From a virus: DNA of 64,000 nucleotides. The notes beneath the pieces were generated by a model that did no database searches, had not been told where the DNA came from, and saw only the letters and a program-made list of their open reading frames with translations. Positions 1-7,878 of the stretch are shown piece by piece; the first letter of the stretch is position 1; every line of letters begins with the position of its first letter. Position numbers and translations under genes: made by a program. The stretch is taken from positions 32,001-96,000 of IMG/VR virus record IMGVR_UViG_3300042475_001686. One strand, given 5' to 3'.

Positions 1-45
1 TTACTAAGTGAGCCTCAATTATTTACAACACAGGAGGCTTACTAA

Positions 46-328
46 TATGGGAAGTAATTTCGCACACGATTTAGCGTTGTTTGATGATATGGCTATTGAG
101 AAGCAGATTAGAATTCACTTGTCTGCTAATCACTACCCACCCGTTCCACCTATCATGGTTCAACCTTGTGTTGAAGCCATTGACGCTGTGAATGACGCAG
201 GACTTTGGGATTTAGAAATTCCTATGCCTGAAGGTGTAAGTTATAAAGGTTTGACTACTGCTCCTGCTTGGGCTATTATTGAACAACACCACCTTGATGC
301 GTGGCTTATTGAAAGAGAGGAAGTCTAA
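46..328 (+). CDS. Hypothetical early phage protein
   Basis: ORF 8..328; the ATG at 46 follows an AGGAGG SD; stop overlaps the next start (TAATG). Confidence 0.7.
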
Positions 329-468
329 TGAAATTTGATGAAATGGTAGTAAAGGTTCTTGACCTATTCCCTGAAGCGTTCTTCCATGAAGGAGAAGATG
401 GCGAGGTAGTAATCTCAACAGGCTTCAGACTTGTAAATGACGAACTAATAGCGATGGAGGAAATCTAA
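328..468 (+). CDS. Small acidic hypothetical protein (46 aa, MKFDEMVVKVLDLFPEA...)
   Basis: Read manually; translationally coupled to the upstream ORF; GAGGA SD. Confidence 0.65.
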   Translation: MKFDEMVVKVLDLFPEAFFHEGEDGEVVISTGFRLVNDELIAMEEI

Positions 469-469
469 A

Positions 470-679
470 ATGGAATACACTTACTCACTTACTACTTCCT
501 ATGACGGAAGCCTTGTAAATACCCTGCGAGTATCAGACATGCTTGAAGCCGTAAATGTGTGGGATAAATGCGTAGACTTTGGAGATGCTAAGGAATACGC
601 AACCTACAACCTATCAGACCCAACAGGTAAAATGTATACAAAAACCTTTTATCGTAATGGAGAGGTATCCATTCGCTAA
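470..679 (+). CDS. Hypothetical protein
   Basis: ORF with GGAGG SD, tightly packed. Confidence 0.7.
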   Translation: MEYTYSLTTSYDGSLVNTLRVSDMLEAVNVWDKCVDFGDAKEYATYNLSDPTGKMYTKTFYRNGEVSIR

Positions 680-913
680 ATGTCTGATACAATGATTCGT
701 ATGGAAGAAGACTTTCGCTTGGTAGATATTCTCAACGCAGACCAATTAGAAGTAGGAGATCTAATTGGTTTGAATGATGAAGTTGTTAGAGTAATTGAAA
801 TTGCCCCAGCAAAATTTGGTTATGTTGTCACCTATGAAAATGAATTTGGTGAAAAAGAAATTTCAGATATAACTGATGATGAACGTTTTGAATTATTTAT
901 AGAAAACTTCTAA
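680..913 (+). CDS. Hypothetical small beta-barrel-like protein
   Basis: ORF abutting the upstream stop; LEVGDLI motif typical of SH3/KOW-like barrels. Confidence 0.65.
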   Translation: MSDTMIRMEEDFRLVDILNADQLEVGDLIGLNDEVVRVIEIAPAKFGYVVTYENEFGEKEISDITDDERFELFIENF

Positions 914-946
914 AAACCGCCTAGGCGATTCGGACAATTCGGACAT

Positions 947-975
947 TTGCATTTTTGTTATTTTTATGATAAGAT
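947..975 (+). promoter_or_regulatory. SigA-type promoter for a leaderless transcript
   Basis: TTGCAT-17-TAAGAT with extended TG; ATG 6 nt downstream at 982. Confidence 0.65.
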
Positions 976-981
976 TATTAC

Positions 982-1113
982 ATGATGAAAAAAACGGCTG
1001 AGGAATTACGCAGACTTATGGAATTACGCAGATCTAATGCTGCAACTCCATTAAGGAATAAAAAATCCTACTCCCGCAAAGTTAAACACAAAAAATTTGA
1101 CTTATCAAAATAA
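982..1113 (+). CDS. 43-aa basic microprotein with an ArfA-like C-terminal motif
   Basis: MMKKTAEELRRLMELRRSNAATPLRNKKSYSRKVKHKKFDLSK; leaderless start directly after a promoter. Confidence 0.6.
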   Translation: MMKKTAEELRRLMELRRSNAATPLRNKKSYSRKVKHKKFDLSK

Positions 1114-1125
1114 AAATGTTATAAT
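1097..1125 (+). promoter_or_regulatory. Strong SigA-type promoter
   Basis: TTGACT-17-TATAAT with extended TG, followed by AGAAAGGA SD. Confidence 0.8.
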
Positions 1126-1145
1126 AAAAATAAAGAAAGGAACCC

Positions 1146-1865
1146 ATGAAACTAAAACGTAGCATGGACAGAAAGGTAACTAATGCCGTCTCACCCAATG
1201 GAAAAACCCCAACAATTGCCAACACTTTTGGATTGCCTGCTGGAAAGGCTTTCTCGTGCCCTGGTGCCACCAATACTTGTGAAAGTGTTTGTTACGCAGG
1301 AAAACTTGAAAGAGTATACAAAGGAGTAAAGGCTGTACTCCTGCACAATTGGGAATTACTAAAAGACGCAGACCATGACACTATGGAAAACCTGCTGCAG
1401 GAAATGATTGAAGACTTTAGAAAAGATTGTGAAAAGAAAGACGCTCCTCTGCTATTCCGCATTCACTGGGACGGGGACTTCTTTTCTGATGAGTACGCAT
1501 TCGCATGGAAACACGTTATTCTAAATAACCCTGATATCAAATTCTGGGTTTATACACGTGTAGCCTCTGCTGCTAATATGCTAAAGAATATAGATAACTT
1601 ATCTCTATACTATTCAACAGATAAAGATAACAAAGAGATTGCTATTAGTCTAAATAAGGAAAAGGGCATTCGATTGGCATACCTTGCGGATACCTTCGCA
1701 ATTGGGCAGGCAGACCTAAAGGCAATGATAGGCAAGCCTGGTGCTAAGTGTCCTGAGAATAAAAAGGCTATTCCCCTAATCTCACAGGCAGGCAGCGCAT
1801 GCGTGTCTTGTGGCTTGTGTATTGACGAGAAATCTGATATAGTATTTAGCGCAAAGAAAAAGTAA
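1146..1865 (+). CDS. GP88-like phage protein (Cys-rich, radical-SAM-like Fe-S motif)
   Basis: SCPGATNTCESVCYA, FRIHWDGDF, FWVYTR and C-terminal CxxCxxC, the pattern of the Gene-product-88 family. Confidence 0.7.
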   Translation: MKLKRSMDRKVTNAVSPNGKTPTIANTFGLPAGKAFSCPGATNTCESVCYAGKLERVYKGVKAVLLHNWELLKDADHDTMENLLQEMIEDFRKDCEKKDAPLLFRIHWDGDFFSDEYAFAWKHVILNNPDIKFWVYTRVASAANMLKNIDNLSLYYSTDKDNKEIAISLNKEKGIRLAYLADTFAIGQADLKAMIGKPGAKCPENKKAIPLISQAGSACVSCGLCIDEKSDIVFSAKKK

Positions 1866-1936
1866 GGGACAGATGAAAATAATACTATTATTAGGGTGGG
1901 CTATGCTCCTATGGGTGCTTTTCTATCCCCCCCTAA

Positions 1937-1977
1937 AGTGACCTATCTCACAATCTCAAAATGTGAGAAATGTCAGA
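1937..1977. promoter_or_regulatory. Tandem CRP-like boxes
   Basis: AGTGA-N6-TCACA (1937-1952) and TGTGA-N6-TCAGA (1962-1977) just upstream of a promoter. Confidence 0.5.
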
Positions 1978-1983
1978 AATAAC

Positions 1984-2012
1984 TTGACACAGCAAAAAAT
2001 AAATGTCATAAT
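1984..2012 (+). promoter_or_regulatory. Strong SigA-type promoter
   Basis: TTGACA-17-CATAAT with extended TG. Confidence 0.75.
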
Positions 2013-2051
2013 AATAACAAGTAAGAAAACAACTAACAAAGGAGAAAGAAA

Positions 2052-2219
2052 ATGGCAGTAGCAACAGCAACCTACAAGGTAGGCGACCTATACACCTCAC
2101 AGAAGTCAAAGGTTACAGGCACTATCACAGAAATCAAGCCAAACAAGGACGGCTCAACTGTTCGTGTCAAACTTGATGTCAATGGCACACCTCGCTGGAC
2201 AACTTGGACAGCAAAGTAA
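2052..2219 (+). CDS. 55-aa SH3/KOW-like microprotein (paralog A)
   Basis: MAVATATYKVGDLYTSQKSKVTGTITEIK...; AAGGAG SD; own promoter; not in the ORF track. Confidence 0.75.
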   Translation: MAVATATYKVGDLYTSQKSKVTGTITEIKPNKDGSTVRVKLDVNGTPRWTTWTAK

Positions 2220-2235
2220 TTCCTAATACAGGAAA

Positions 2236-2265
2236 AGTCCTGAGCATGACTACTAAAACTGCTCA
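2236..2265 (+). ncRNA. H-type pseudoknot motif, copy 1
   Basis: AGTC-C-TGAGCA-T-GACT-ACTAAAAC-TGCTCA. Confidence 0.75.
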
Positions 2266-2266
2266 C

Positions 2267-2295
2267 TTGACTTTCTAACTGAAAAATGTTAGACT
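2267..2295 (+). promoter_or_regulatory. SigA-type promoter
   Basis: TTGACT-17-TAGACT with extended TG. Confidence 0.7.
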
Positions 2296-2331
2296 ATAAA
2301 TAACCCAAAACCCATAAGAAAGGAAAACAAA

Positions 2332-2754
2332 ATGGCAAGAAGCCAAAAAGCAATTAGCGTGAAAATCGCTACGACTAAAGTTATCAAGGCTTTAGAAACT
2401 AAGTTAGCACAAATCCAAAAGGATAAGGCTAATCAAGCAACTAACGAGGAGAAGTTCAACAAGGCTCACGAAAAGTGGTCTAAAGATGTTGCTAAACTTT
2501 CTCTCAACGCTATCAACAAGGCAGAGGACTTATCTGCTAATCTAAGATACAATGGCATGGTTCATGTTTCTTTTGATTTGCCTAAAGGTTCTATTGACCT
2601 ACCTGCTCAACCTGAAAAGGATTTTGACACTTATCATGAGTGGCAATACAAAGAAATGGTAGATGAAATTGAGAACGCTATTCGTATTCTCAAGATGACA
2701 GATGAGGAAGTAGTTTCTACCTCAACTTACAACGCTATCGCCCGATACTTGTAA
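2332..2754 (+). CDS. Hypothetical coiled-coil protein
   Basis: 140-aa ORF, AGAAAGGA SD. Confidence 0.8.
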   Translation: MARSQKAISVKIATTKVIKALETKLAQIQKDKANQATNEEKFNKAHEKWSKDVAKLSLNAINKAEDLSANLRYNGMVHVSFDLPKGSIDLPAQPEKDFDTYHEWQYKEMVDEIENAIRILKMTDEEVVSTSTYNAIARYL

Positions 2755-2759
2755 TTCAC

Positions 2760-2787
2760 TCTCCTGAGCATGAGATAAAACTGCTCA
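2760..2787 (+). ncRNA. H-type pseudoknot motif, copy 2
   Basis: TCTC-C-TGAGCA-T-GAGA-TAAAAC-TGCTCA. Confidence 0.75.
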
Positions 2788-2815
2788 CTAACAAAATAGA
2801 CAGAAAGGAAAACAA

Positions 2816-2983
2816 ATGACACTCGGAGGCTACACTTATCAGGTAGGAGATTTATTTACTACCAGCAAGACAGGCGTTACAGGACGAATTGAAAAGTTTG
2901 TTCCACAAAGTAAAAATGTAACTCGTGTAATGCTTCGTTTGGCAAATGGTCAGCAACGATTTGCTATGGTAAAGACTTACTAA
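2816..2983 (+). CDS. 55-aa SH3/KOW-like microprotein (paralog B)
   Basis: MTLGGYTYQVGDLFTTSKTGVTGRIEKF...; AGAAAGGA SD; similar to 2052..2219. Confidence 0.75.
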   Translation: MTLGGYTYQVGDLFTTSKTGVTGRIEKFVPQSKNVTRVMLRLANGQQRFAMVKTY

Positions 2984-3068
2984 TAAAATTGTTACTCTGT
3001 GTTCAAGGCAGACTGCGACACAAAATCGAATTGTGTTGATCTTTCTGCGAAAGTCCCTTGAGTAACCT

Positions 3069-3096
3069 TACTCCTGAGCATGAGTATAAACTGCTC
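3069..3096 (+). ncRNA. H-type pseudoknot motif, copy 3
   Basis: TACTC-C-TGAGCA-T-GAGTA-TAAAC-TGCTC. Confidence 0.75.
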
Positions 3097-3121
3097 CCCT
3101 CTCAAAAAATCGCCTAGGCAA

Positions 3122-3198
3122 TGTGATTTAAAACACAGTCCACTATGTGAGATAGTTTACGTTCTCGATTTGATTTCCCCTCTAAAAAATGTTATGAT
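3122..3198 (+). promoter_or_regulatory. Tandem CRP-like boxes plus SigA-type promoter
   Basis: TGTGA-N6-ACACA (3122-3137), TGTGA-N6-TTACG (3146-3161), TTGATT-17-TATGAT (3170-3198). Confidence 0.55.
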
Positions 3199-3224
3199 TA
3201 TATTATCTAAGAAAGGATAAATAA

Positions 3225-3488
3225 ATGATTAGCACCGCAATAGCAATACAAATGGCAACGCAGGACGCAGTTCATGACGAGAGTGTTATGGATTTGGCTT
3301 CTGCTCTTTATCATCACAGAAATGAAATGAGCGACGAGGACTTTGCTAAAGCAATGTTTATGTATTCTGCTCATCTATCAGCAATGACCGCTACTTTAGT
3401 TACTCATGCCTGCTTGACTGAAAGCCAACTAAATGATATGCTTGAAACAATAAAGGAAATGGATTCCATGGGAAAGGATATTGAATAA
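3225..3488 (+). CDS. Hypothetical protein
   Basis: ORF with AGAAAGGA SD. Confidence 0.75.
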   Translation: MISTAIAIQMATQDAVHDESVMDLASALYHHRNEMSDEDFAKAMFMYSAHLSAMTATLVTHACLTESQLNDMLETIKEMDSMGKDIE

Positions 3489-3928
3489 TGGAAACAACAG
3501 AAACCGTAGTACCCGAACACTACAACTCCAATCAACTCGTAACTTATAAGGTTATTGAGAATGGTGCCGCTACATATCCAACCGTAAAGGTTGTGGACCT
3601 TGAGTGGGACCTGTATCAGAATCGTTCTAATGCAGCCAGTCTGTCTCAATACATTAATAAAGTAAATCAGTTAGAGAATCGTCTTCCTGATTATCTTGAT
3701 ATGGATTCAGAAGATATTGTCTCTGATATCTGCAGCATTTTTGGATTCAACCCAACTAAGGAAATTGAATTCGAGGCAACAGCCACAATTACTGGTCGTG
3801 TACTTGTACCACTTAGTGATTTAGCAAACTTTGATATCGACGACATAGACTTAACCGTTTATGCAGATTCACATTCACACGACGTTGAAGTTGATGTAGA
3901 AGTTGACCACATCTCTCGTGTAGACTAA
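3488..3928 (+). CDS. Hypothetical acidic protein
   Basis: ORF coupled to the upstream stop (TAATG). Confidence 0.75.
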   Translation: METTETVVPEHYNSNQLVTYKVIENGAATYPTVKVVDLEWDLYQNRSNAASLSQYINKVNQLENRLPDYLDMDSEDIVSDICSIFGFNPTKEIEFEATATITGRVLVPLSDLANFDIDDIDLTVYADSHSHDVEVDVEVDHISRVD

Positions 3929-3935
3929 TAAATTT

Positions 3936-4038
3936 CTTGGCCTTCATGAAAGGGGCCAAGATCTGCAAGCATTGCTCCTCTTTCATCCTTTCTTTAGGGA
4001 GCATGCAAGGGACCTGAGCACGTCCACGTAAACTGCTC
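3936..4038 (+). ncRNA. Candidate sRNA: two hairpins (second with an anti-SD loop) plus pseudoknot copy 4
   Basis: CTTGGCC..GGCCAAG; GCATTGCTCC-[loop with TCCTTTCT]-GGAGCATGC; GGAC-C-TGAGCA-C-GTCC-ACGTAAAC-TGCTC (4010-4038). Confidence 0.6.
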
Positions 4039-4112
4039 TTTAAAAATTGCCTAGCCCGCAAAATCTTATTTTGTCAAATTTACGGCGTGTCGGGACATTT
4101 ACGTACCAGGAT

Positions 4113-4141
4113 TTGCAATTGTCAGAGGGTTATGCTAAGAT
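4113..4141 (+). promoter_or_regulatory. SigA-type promoter
   Basis: TTGCAA-17-TAAGAT with extended TG. Confidence 0.65.
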
Positions 4142-4173
4142 TGATAAATCACTTACAGAAAGGACAAAAAATA

Positions 4174-5190
4174 ATGGCGCATGAATTAGAAACGCAAAAT
4201 GGCGTTGCTTCTTTCGCATCATTCCGTGAACCTGCTTGGCATGGTCTTGGCACAGTATTCACGGAAGAAAAAACAACAGCAGAAATGTTATCTGCTGCTA
4301 ATCTAAACAATTGGAATGTTCGTCTTGAGGACGTAAATGTTCCATCTCACTTATCGTCAGATAAATCTTATCAATATGTTGTTCGCACTAACCCTACGGA
4401 TAACACACAGACCGATATTCTCGGTGTTGTTGGTGAGCGTTATCATGTTTTACAGAATGAAGATTTATTCTCATTCGGTGATAATATTCTTGACGGCGGA
4501 GGTCGTTGGGAAACTGCTGGCTCTATTCGTGGAGGTCGTGTTGTATTCGGTTCTCTTGCTCTTGAGCGTGAAACTGTATTAGACCCAAATGGTGTTGCGG
4601 ATAAGGTCAAAACTTATCTTCTCATCAATACATCACATGACGGCTCTATTGCTATTCAAGCAAGTATAACACCTGTTCGTGTTGTATGCGCTAACACTCT
4701 AAACCTTGCTCTTGGCTCTAAGCGTGGGCGTAATGCTATCAAGCAATCTTTCAAGATTCGCCACACACAGACCGCTAATGGTAAAGTTCAAATTGCTCGT
4801 GAGGCTCTTGGTCTTGCTAATGCTTACATGGACGCTTTCGACATCATGGCTAAACAAATGATTGAGAAAGAAATCACAGCGCAACAGTTCAATGATATTG
4901 TTCTCGCTGCGTATCCTAAGCCTGATGAAGAAAAGAAGGGCGCACTTACTCGTTGGACTAACAAGGTTGATGTTATCAATGACATCTACACAGGTGAGTT
5001 CAATGGCATGATTGCTGGCAATGCGTGGGGTGCTTTCAATGCTCTTACTGAACGCCTTGATTGGCATCGTTCTGCTCGTGGTGGAAATACTGAGGCAATG
5101 CTCGCTGCTGCTTCTGGTTTTGACGCAACAATTACAGCAGAAAAAAATCGCTTGCTAACTGTTGTAAAAAATACTTTGCAACTCGCATAG
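4174..5190 (+). CDS. DUF932-family phage/plasmid protein
   Basis: MAHELE..PAWHGLG, ETAGSIRGGRVVF, LLINTSHDGS, TPVRVVCANTL and IRHT motifs; AGAAAGGA SD before ATG 4174. Confidence 0.85.
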   Translation: MAHELETQNGVASFASFREPAWHGLGTVFTEEKTTAEMLSAANLNNWNVRLEDVNVPSHLSSDKSYQYVVRTNPTDNTQTDILGVVGERYHVLQNEDLFSFGDNILDGGGRWETAGSIRGGRVVFGSLALERETVLDPNGVADKVKTYLLINTSHDGSIAIQASITPVRVVCANTLNLALGSKRGRNAIKQSFKIRHTQTANGKVQIAREALGLANAYMDAFDIMAKQMIEKEITAQQFNDIVLAAYPKPDEEKKGALTRWTNKVDVINDIYTGEFNGMIAGNAWGAFNALTERLDWHRSARGGNTEAMLAAASGFDATITAEKNRLLTVVKNTLQLA

Positions 5191-5194
5191 CAAA

Positions 5195-5223
5195 ATTTCC
5201 TGAGCATGAAATAAAACTGCTCA
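5195..5223 (+). ncRNA. H-type pseudoknot motif, copy 5
   Basis: ATTTC-C-TGAGCA-T-GAAAT-AAAAC-TGCTCA, starting 5 nt after a stop codon. Confidence 0.75.
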
Positions 5224-5354
5224 ATTTTTATTTTTCAATTTGCAGATCATAACAAAAAATGCCTAGCAAAACCGACAAATCGGACATTGTATTTTTGTAA
5301 ATATTTTATTACGTAGCACTTGCTTTTTTTGCTGGATTGTGGGATAATAAATAT

Positions 5355-5552
5355 ATGACAATAGACGAACTAACAACCCACATATTTAAAATGCGTAATG
5401 GTTTGGAAGAAGACCTACGCAATCTTGCTGATGAAATGGAAGCACTTGACCCTGCTGCTAAAGACTTTGCTGACCTTGACTTTGAATATAATTTTATTAA
5501 TGGACAGGTAGCGGCATTCAATTACGTACTTACTAAGATAGGCCTACAATGA
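5355..5552 (+). CDS. Hypothetical protein (leaderless)
   Basis: TTGCTT-17-GATAAT (5320-5348), then ATG 6 nt later. Confidence 0.65.
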   Translation: MTIDELTTHIFKMRNGLEEDLRNLADEMEALDPAAKDFADLDFEYNFINGQVAAFNYVLTKIGLQ

Positions 5553-5692
5553 GCAGACTGTACACCATTGATGAATTAGTTACAGAGATCTATGAAGATA
5601 ACCTATCTCATTTTGATGACAGAGACACATCGGATGACTGTGATTGTCAGATCCATACTACCATTAGGACTATTGTGCAATATTGGGAGTAA
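5549..5692 (+). CDS. Small hypothetical protein (47 aa)
   Basis: ATGA overlap with the upstream stop; read manually. Confidence 0.55.
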   Translation: MSRLYTIDELVTEIYEDNLSHFDDRDTSDDCDCQIHTTIRTIVQYWE

Positions 5693-5693
5693 C

Positions 5694-5722
5694 TTGACAT
5701 ACCCCTGACATTTTGCTAAAAT
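5694..5722 (+). promoter_or_regulatory. Strong SigA-type promoter
   Basis: TTGACA-17-TAAAAT with extended TG. Confidence 0.8.
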
Positions 5723-5752
5723 TGCATTACGAACCCAACAGAAAGGACCCCA

Positions 5753-6487
5753 ATGCCCAATTGGTGCTACAACTATCTTGACATATCAGGTGACGAAACC
5801 CTGATTGCAGATATCAAACGACAACTCAACAAACCATTTGTAAAAGACCATGATTCATGGAATGCTACAACTGGACAAATGGAAGTATCTCAAACTACTT
5901 ACCCTAATCCTGTGTTTGCATTTCATAATATATATAATCATAGACAAGACGGTATTTCAGACGAGGAATATATCAAGCAACCTGACCATACCCTGCCTTT
6001 AGAGGAATCTCTTATGTTCAAGGGTAATCATTGGTACGACTGGAATGTTCGCAATTGGGGAACCAAATGGGACGTTGCTGTTCACGATAACGATAAGTAT
6101 CCTGATACTGAGTTATATGAGGAGAGCACTACAGTTCTTGGATATAAATTCAATACCGCTTGGTCTCCACCTATTCAGGCTATAACTAAACTATCAGAAC
6201 AATATCCTACTCTCAACTTCAATCTATCTTATGAAGAAGAAACAGGTTGGGGTGGGGAAGTTACATTGCTTAATGGTTTTATCACTACCGTTGAGGAATA
6301 CGAGAACAAGTGTCGTGACTGTGATGAACTTAACAGTCTTGAGTATTGTGAGAATGACTGCGGTGAGATATGTAATGTATGTCACTATATGGGCGAGGCT
6401 GACCTTGACTGTGTTGCAGAATGTCAGGACCACAAGGTATACTTGGATGAAAAGCATGTACCCGACTATAGATTGGAAAAGGCATAA
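5753..6487 (+). CDS. DUF1281/YubB-like ferredoxin-fold protein with a Cys-rich tail
   Basis: MPNWCYN, WYDWNVRNWGTKWD and FNTAWSPP motifs. Confidence 0.8.
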   Translation: MPNWCYNYLDISGDETLIADIKRQLNKPFVKDHDSWNATTGQMEVSQTTYPNPVFAFHNIYNHRQDGISDEEYIKQPDHTLPLEESLMFKGNHWYDWNVRNWGTKWDVAVHDNDKYPDTELYEESTTVLGYKFNTAWSPPIQAITKLSEQYPTLNFNLSYEEETGWGGEVTLLNGFITTVEEYENKCRDCDELNSLEYCENDCGEICNVCHYMGEADLDCVAECQDHKVYLDEKHVPDYRLEKA

Positions 6488-6771
6488 TGGAAATATCACC
6501 TACCGTGCTCGATGAGCGTTTACAAAAGTTAGTTAATCTTGGTGTTGAAGGTATCGACATCATGCACGGACAACTAAAGAATATGATGTATGAGGCTGAA
6601 GCAGAACTACGCATGGCCCAAGAGGTAGAGGAAGAAAACGACTATTCCGACGCCATGGAATCAATGGAACGTAAATATTGGGAGGGATATACAGACGCAC
6701 TTGCACTTTGCTACGGTTTGACGTATGATATATCTTTCGCTATTAAACAAAAGGAGACAGACAATGCTTAA
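6487..6771 (+). CDS. Hypothetical acidic protein
   Basis: ORF coupled to the upstream gene. Confidence 0.7.
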   Translation: MEISPTVLDERLQKLVNLGVEGIDIMHGQLKNMMYEAEAELRMAQEVEEENDYSDAMESMERKYWEGYTDALALCYGLTYDISFAIKQKETDNA

Positions 6772-7099
6772 GACAGATAAGTTAATACTAATAGGACAGT
6801 TTGCAGTAGACAGTGGTCAAGCCATTATTGGAGACCCATGCTATTTAGATGAGTGGAAAAACTGGGACAGAGAAGTAGATAACTTTGACGACCATGTTAA
6901 TAGAGTTGGTGAGTATGGCTACCTCGGTGCTTGCAACGCTACCATTACCAAGGGCTTTGGTGAATTAGGAAATCAAGCAGTAGCATTTTCTACTGGCTAT
7001 GGTGACGGTTTATATCCAGTTTATGCCCATATTAATGAGGACGGCAGAGTTGGAATGGTTGTAATCGATTTTACAGGAGAGTATCTTGATGATGAATGA
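6764..7099 (+). CDS. DUF4241-like protein
   Basis: VDSGQ..IGDPCY and FSTGYGDGxYPV motifs; AAGGAG SD. Confidence 0.7.
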   Translation: MLKTDKLILIGQFAVDSGQAIIGDPCYLDEWKNWDREVDNFDDHVNRVGEYGYLGACNATITKGFGELGNQAVAFSTGYGDGLYPVYAHINEDGRVGMVVIDFTGEYLDDE

Positions 7100-7170
7100 T
7101 TGGATCCAATTGACATTGCCGCTGGAATTTGATACCATTAACATAAACCCTACTACAGAAAGGACTCCTA

Positions 7171-7530
7171 ATGGGAGCACGTTGTAATTTCGTATTTAAA
7201 CAATCAGAGGACCAGGCTGTAACCCTATACAGTCACTGGGACGAAAGCCATATGTATGAACTGCTGGCAGCAGCGCTTGGACATGCAATGCCACGTATTG
7301 AAATGGGTGATATCCCGTATGCGACTCGAATGGCTATTAGTTATATTATTAAAGAATCTATTCTGGATGAGACAGGATATGGAATTTATGCCATGGACCC
7401 GTCAGACCAAGGATTCTTGGACCATCCAATCACCATTGATTTCACTGACATGACAGTTGGTGAGGGTGAGGCCTGGCATTCCATTAATGATTTTATTAAC
7501 TACAATCTTGTGACGACGGTCACTAAATAA
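7171..7530 (+). CDS. Hypothetical protein
   Basis: ORF with AGAAAGGA SD. Confidence 0.75.
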   Translation: MGARCNFVFKQSEDQAVTLYSHWDESHMYELLAAALGHAMPRIEMGDIPYATRMAISYIIKESILDETGYGIYAMDPSDQGFLDHPITIDFTDMTVGEGEAWHSINDFINYNLVTTVTK

Positions 7531-7609
7531 AGCGAAGACTGGGTACCTTCGCTTGTTGCCAGGGGGGCAGGTTCGACTGTCTACGGACTTGCCTCCCACA
7601 TCTTTTTTT
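7530..7609 (+). terminator. Double hairpin / intrinsic terminator
   Basis: AAGCGAAG/CTTCGCTT stem, then a 14-bp stem with 3 G.U pairs (7562-7597) followed by a T tract. Confidence 0.6.
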
Positions 7610-7632
7610 GATACAATCTATAAGGAGGAACT

Positions 7633-7878
7633 ATGGCTTACAGTGTTAGACGAGCACCACAGAATACCAAAGAAATACAAGTAGCACAGAGAATAGCAAA
7701 GATAATCAACGAAGACATGGGTCTAAACCTTGAGGCTGTTGGCTATCATTTGGTGAGAAACCACCCACCAATTGTATGGCACCGCCTTGAAGTTCTTGCC
7801 TTGACAGCAGGGGAAGAACATGATAAACTTATGTCAGACTATTTAGGAGAACAACATGTCGGTACCCTTTTCGGATAA
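7633..7878 (+). CDS. Hypothetical protein
   Basis: AAGGAGG SD; promoter TTGCCT-17-TACAAT at 7589-7617. Confidence 0.75.
   Translation: MAYSVRRAPQNTKEIQVAQRIAKIINEDMGLNLEAVGYHLVRNHPPIVWHRLEVLALTAGEEHDKLMSDYLGEQHVGTLFG

Noticed and set aside
4087-4173. N-terminal extension of the DUF932 ORF
   Set aside because: Covers the promoter and SD; ATG 4174 gives the family-typical MAHE start
2236-5223. CCTGAGCA..AAACTGCTC repeats as a CRISPR array
   Set aside because: Copies are hundreds of nt apart, separated by genes, and vary with covariation rather than being identical repeats with spacers
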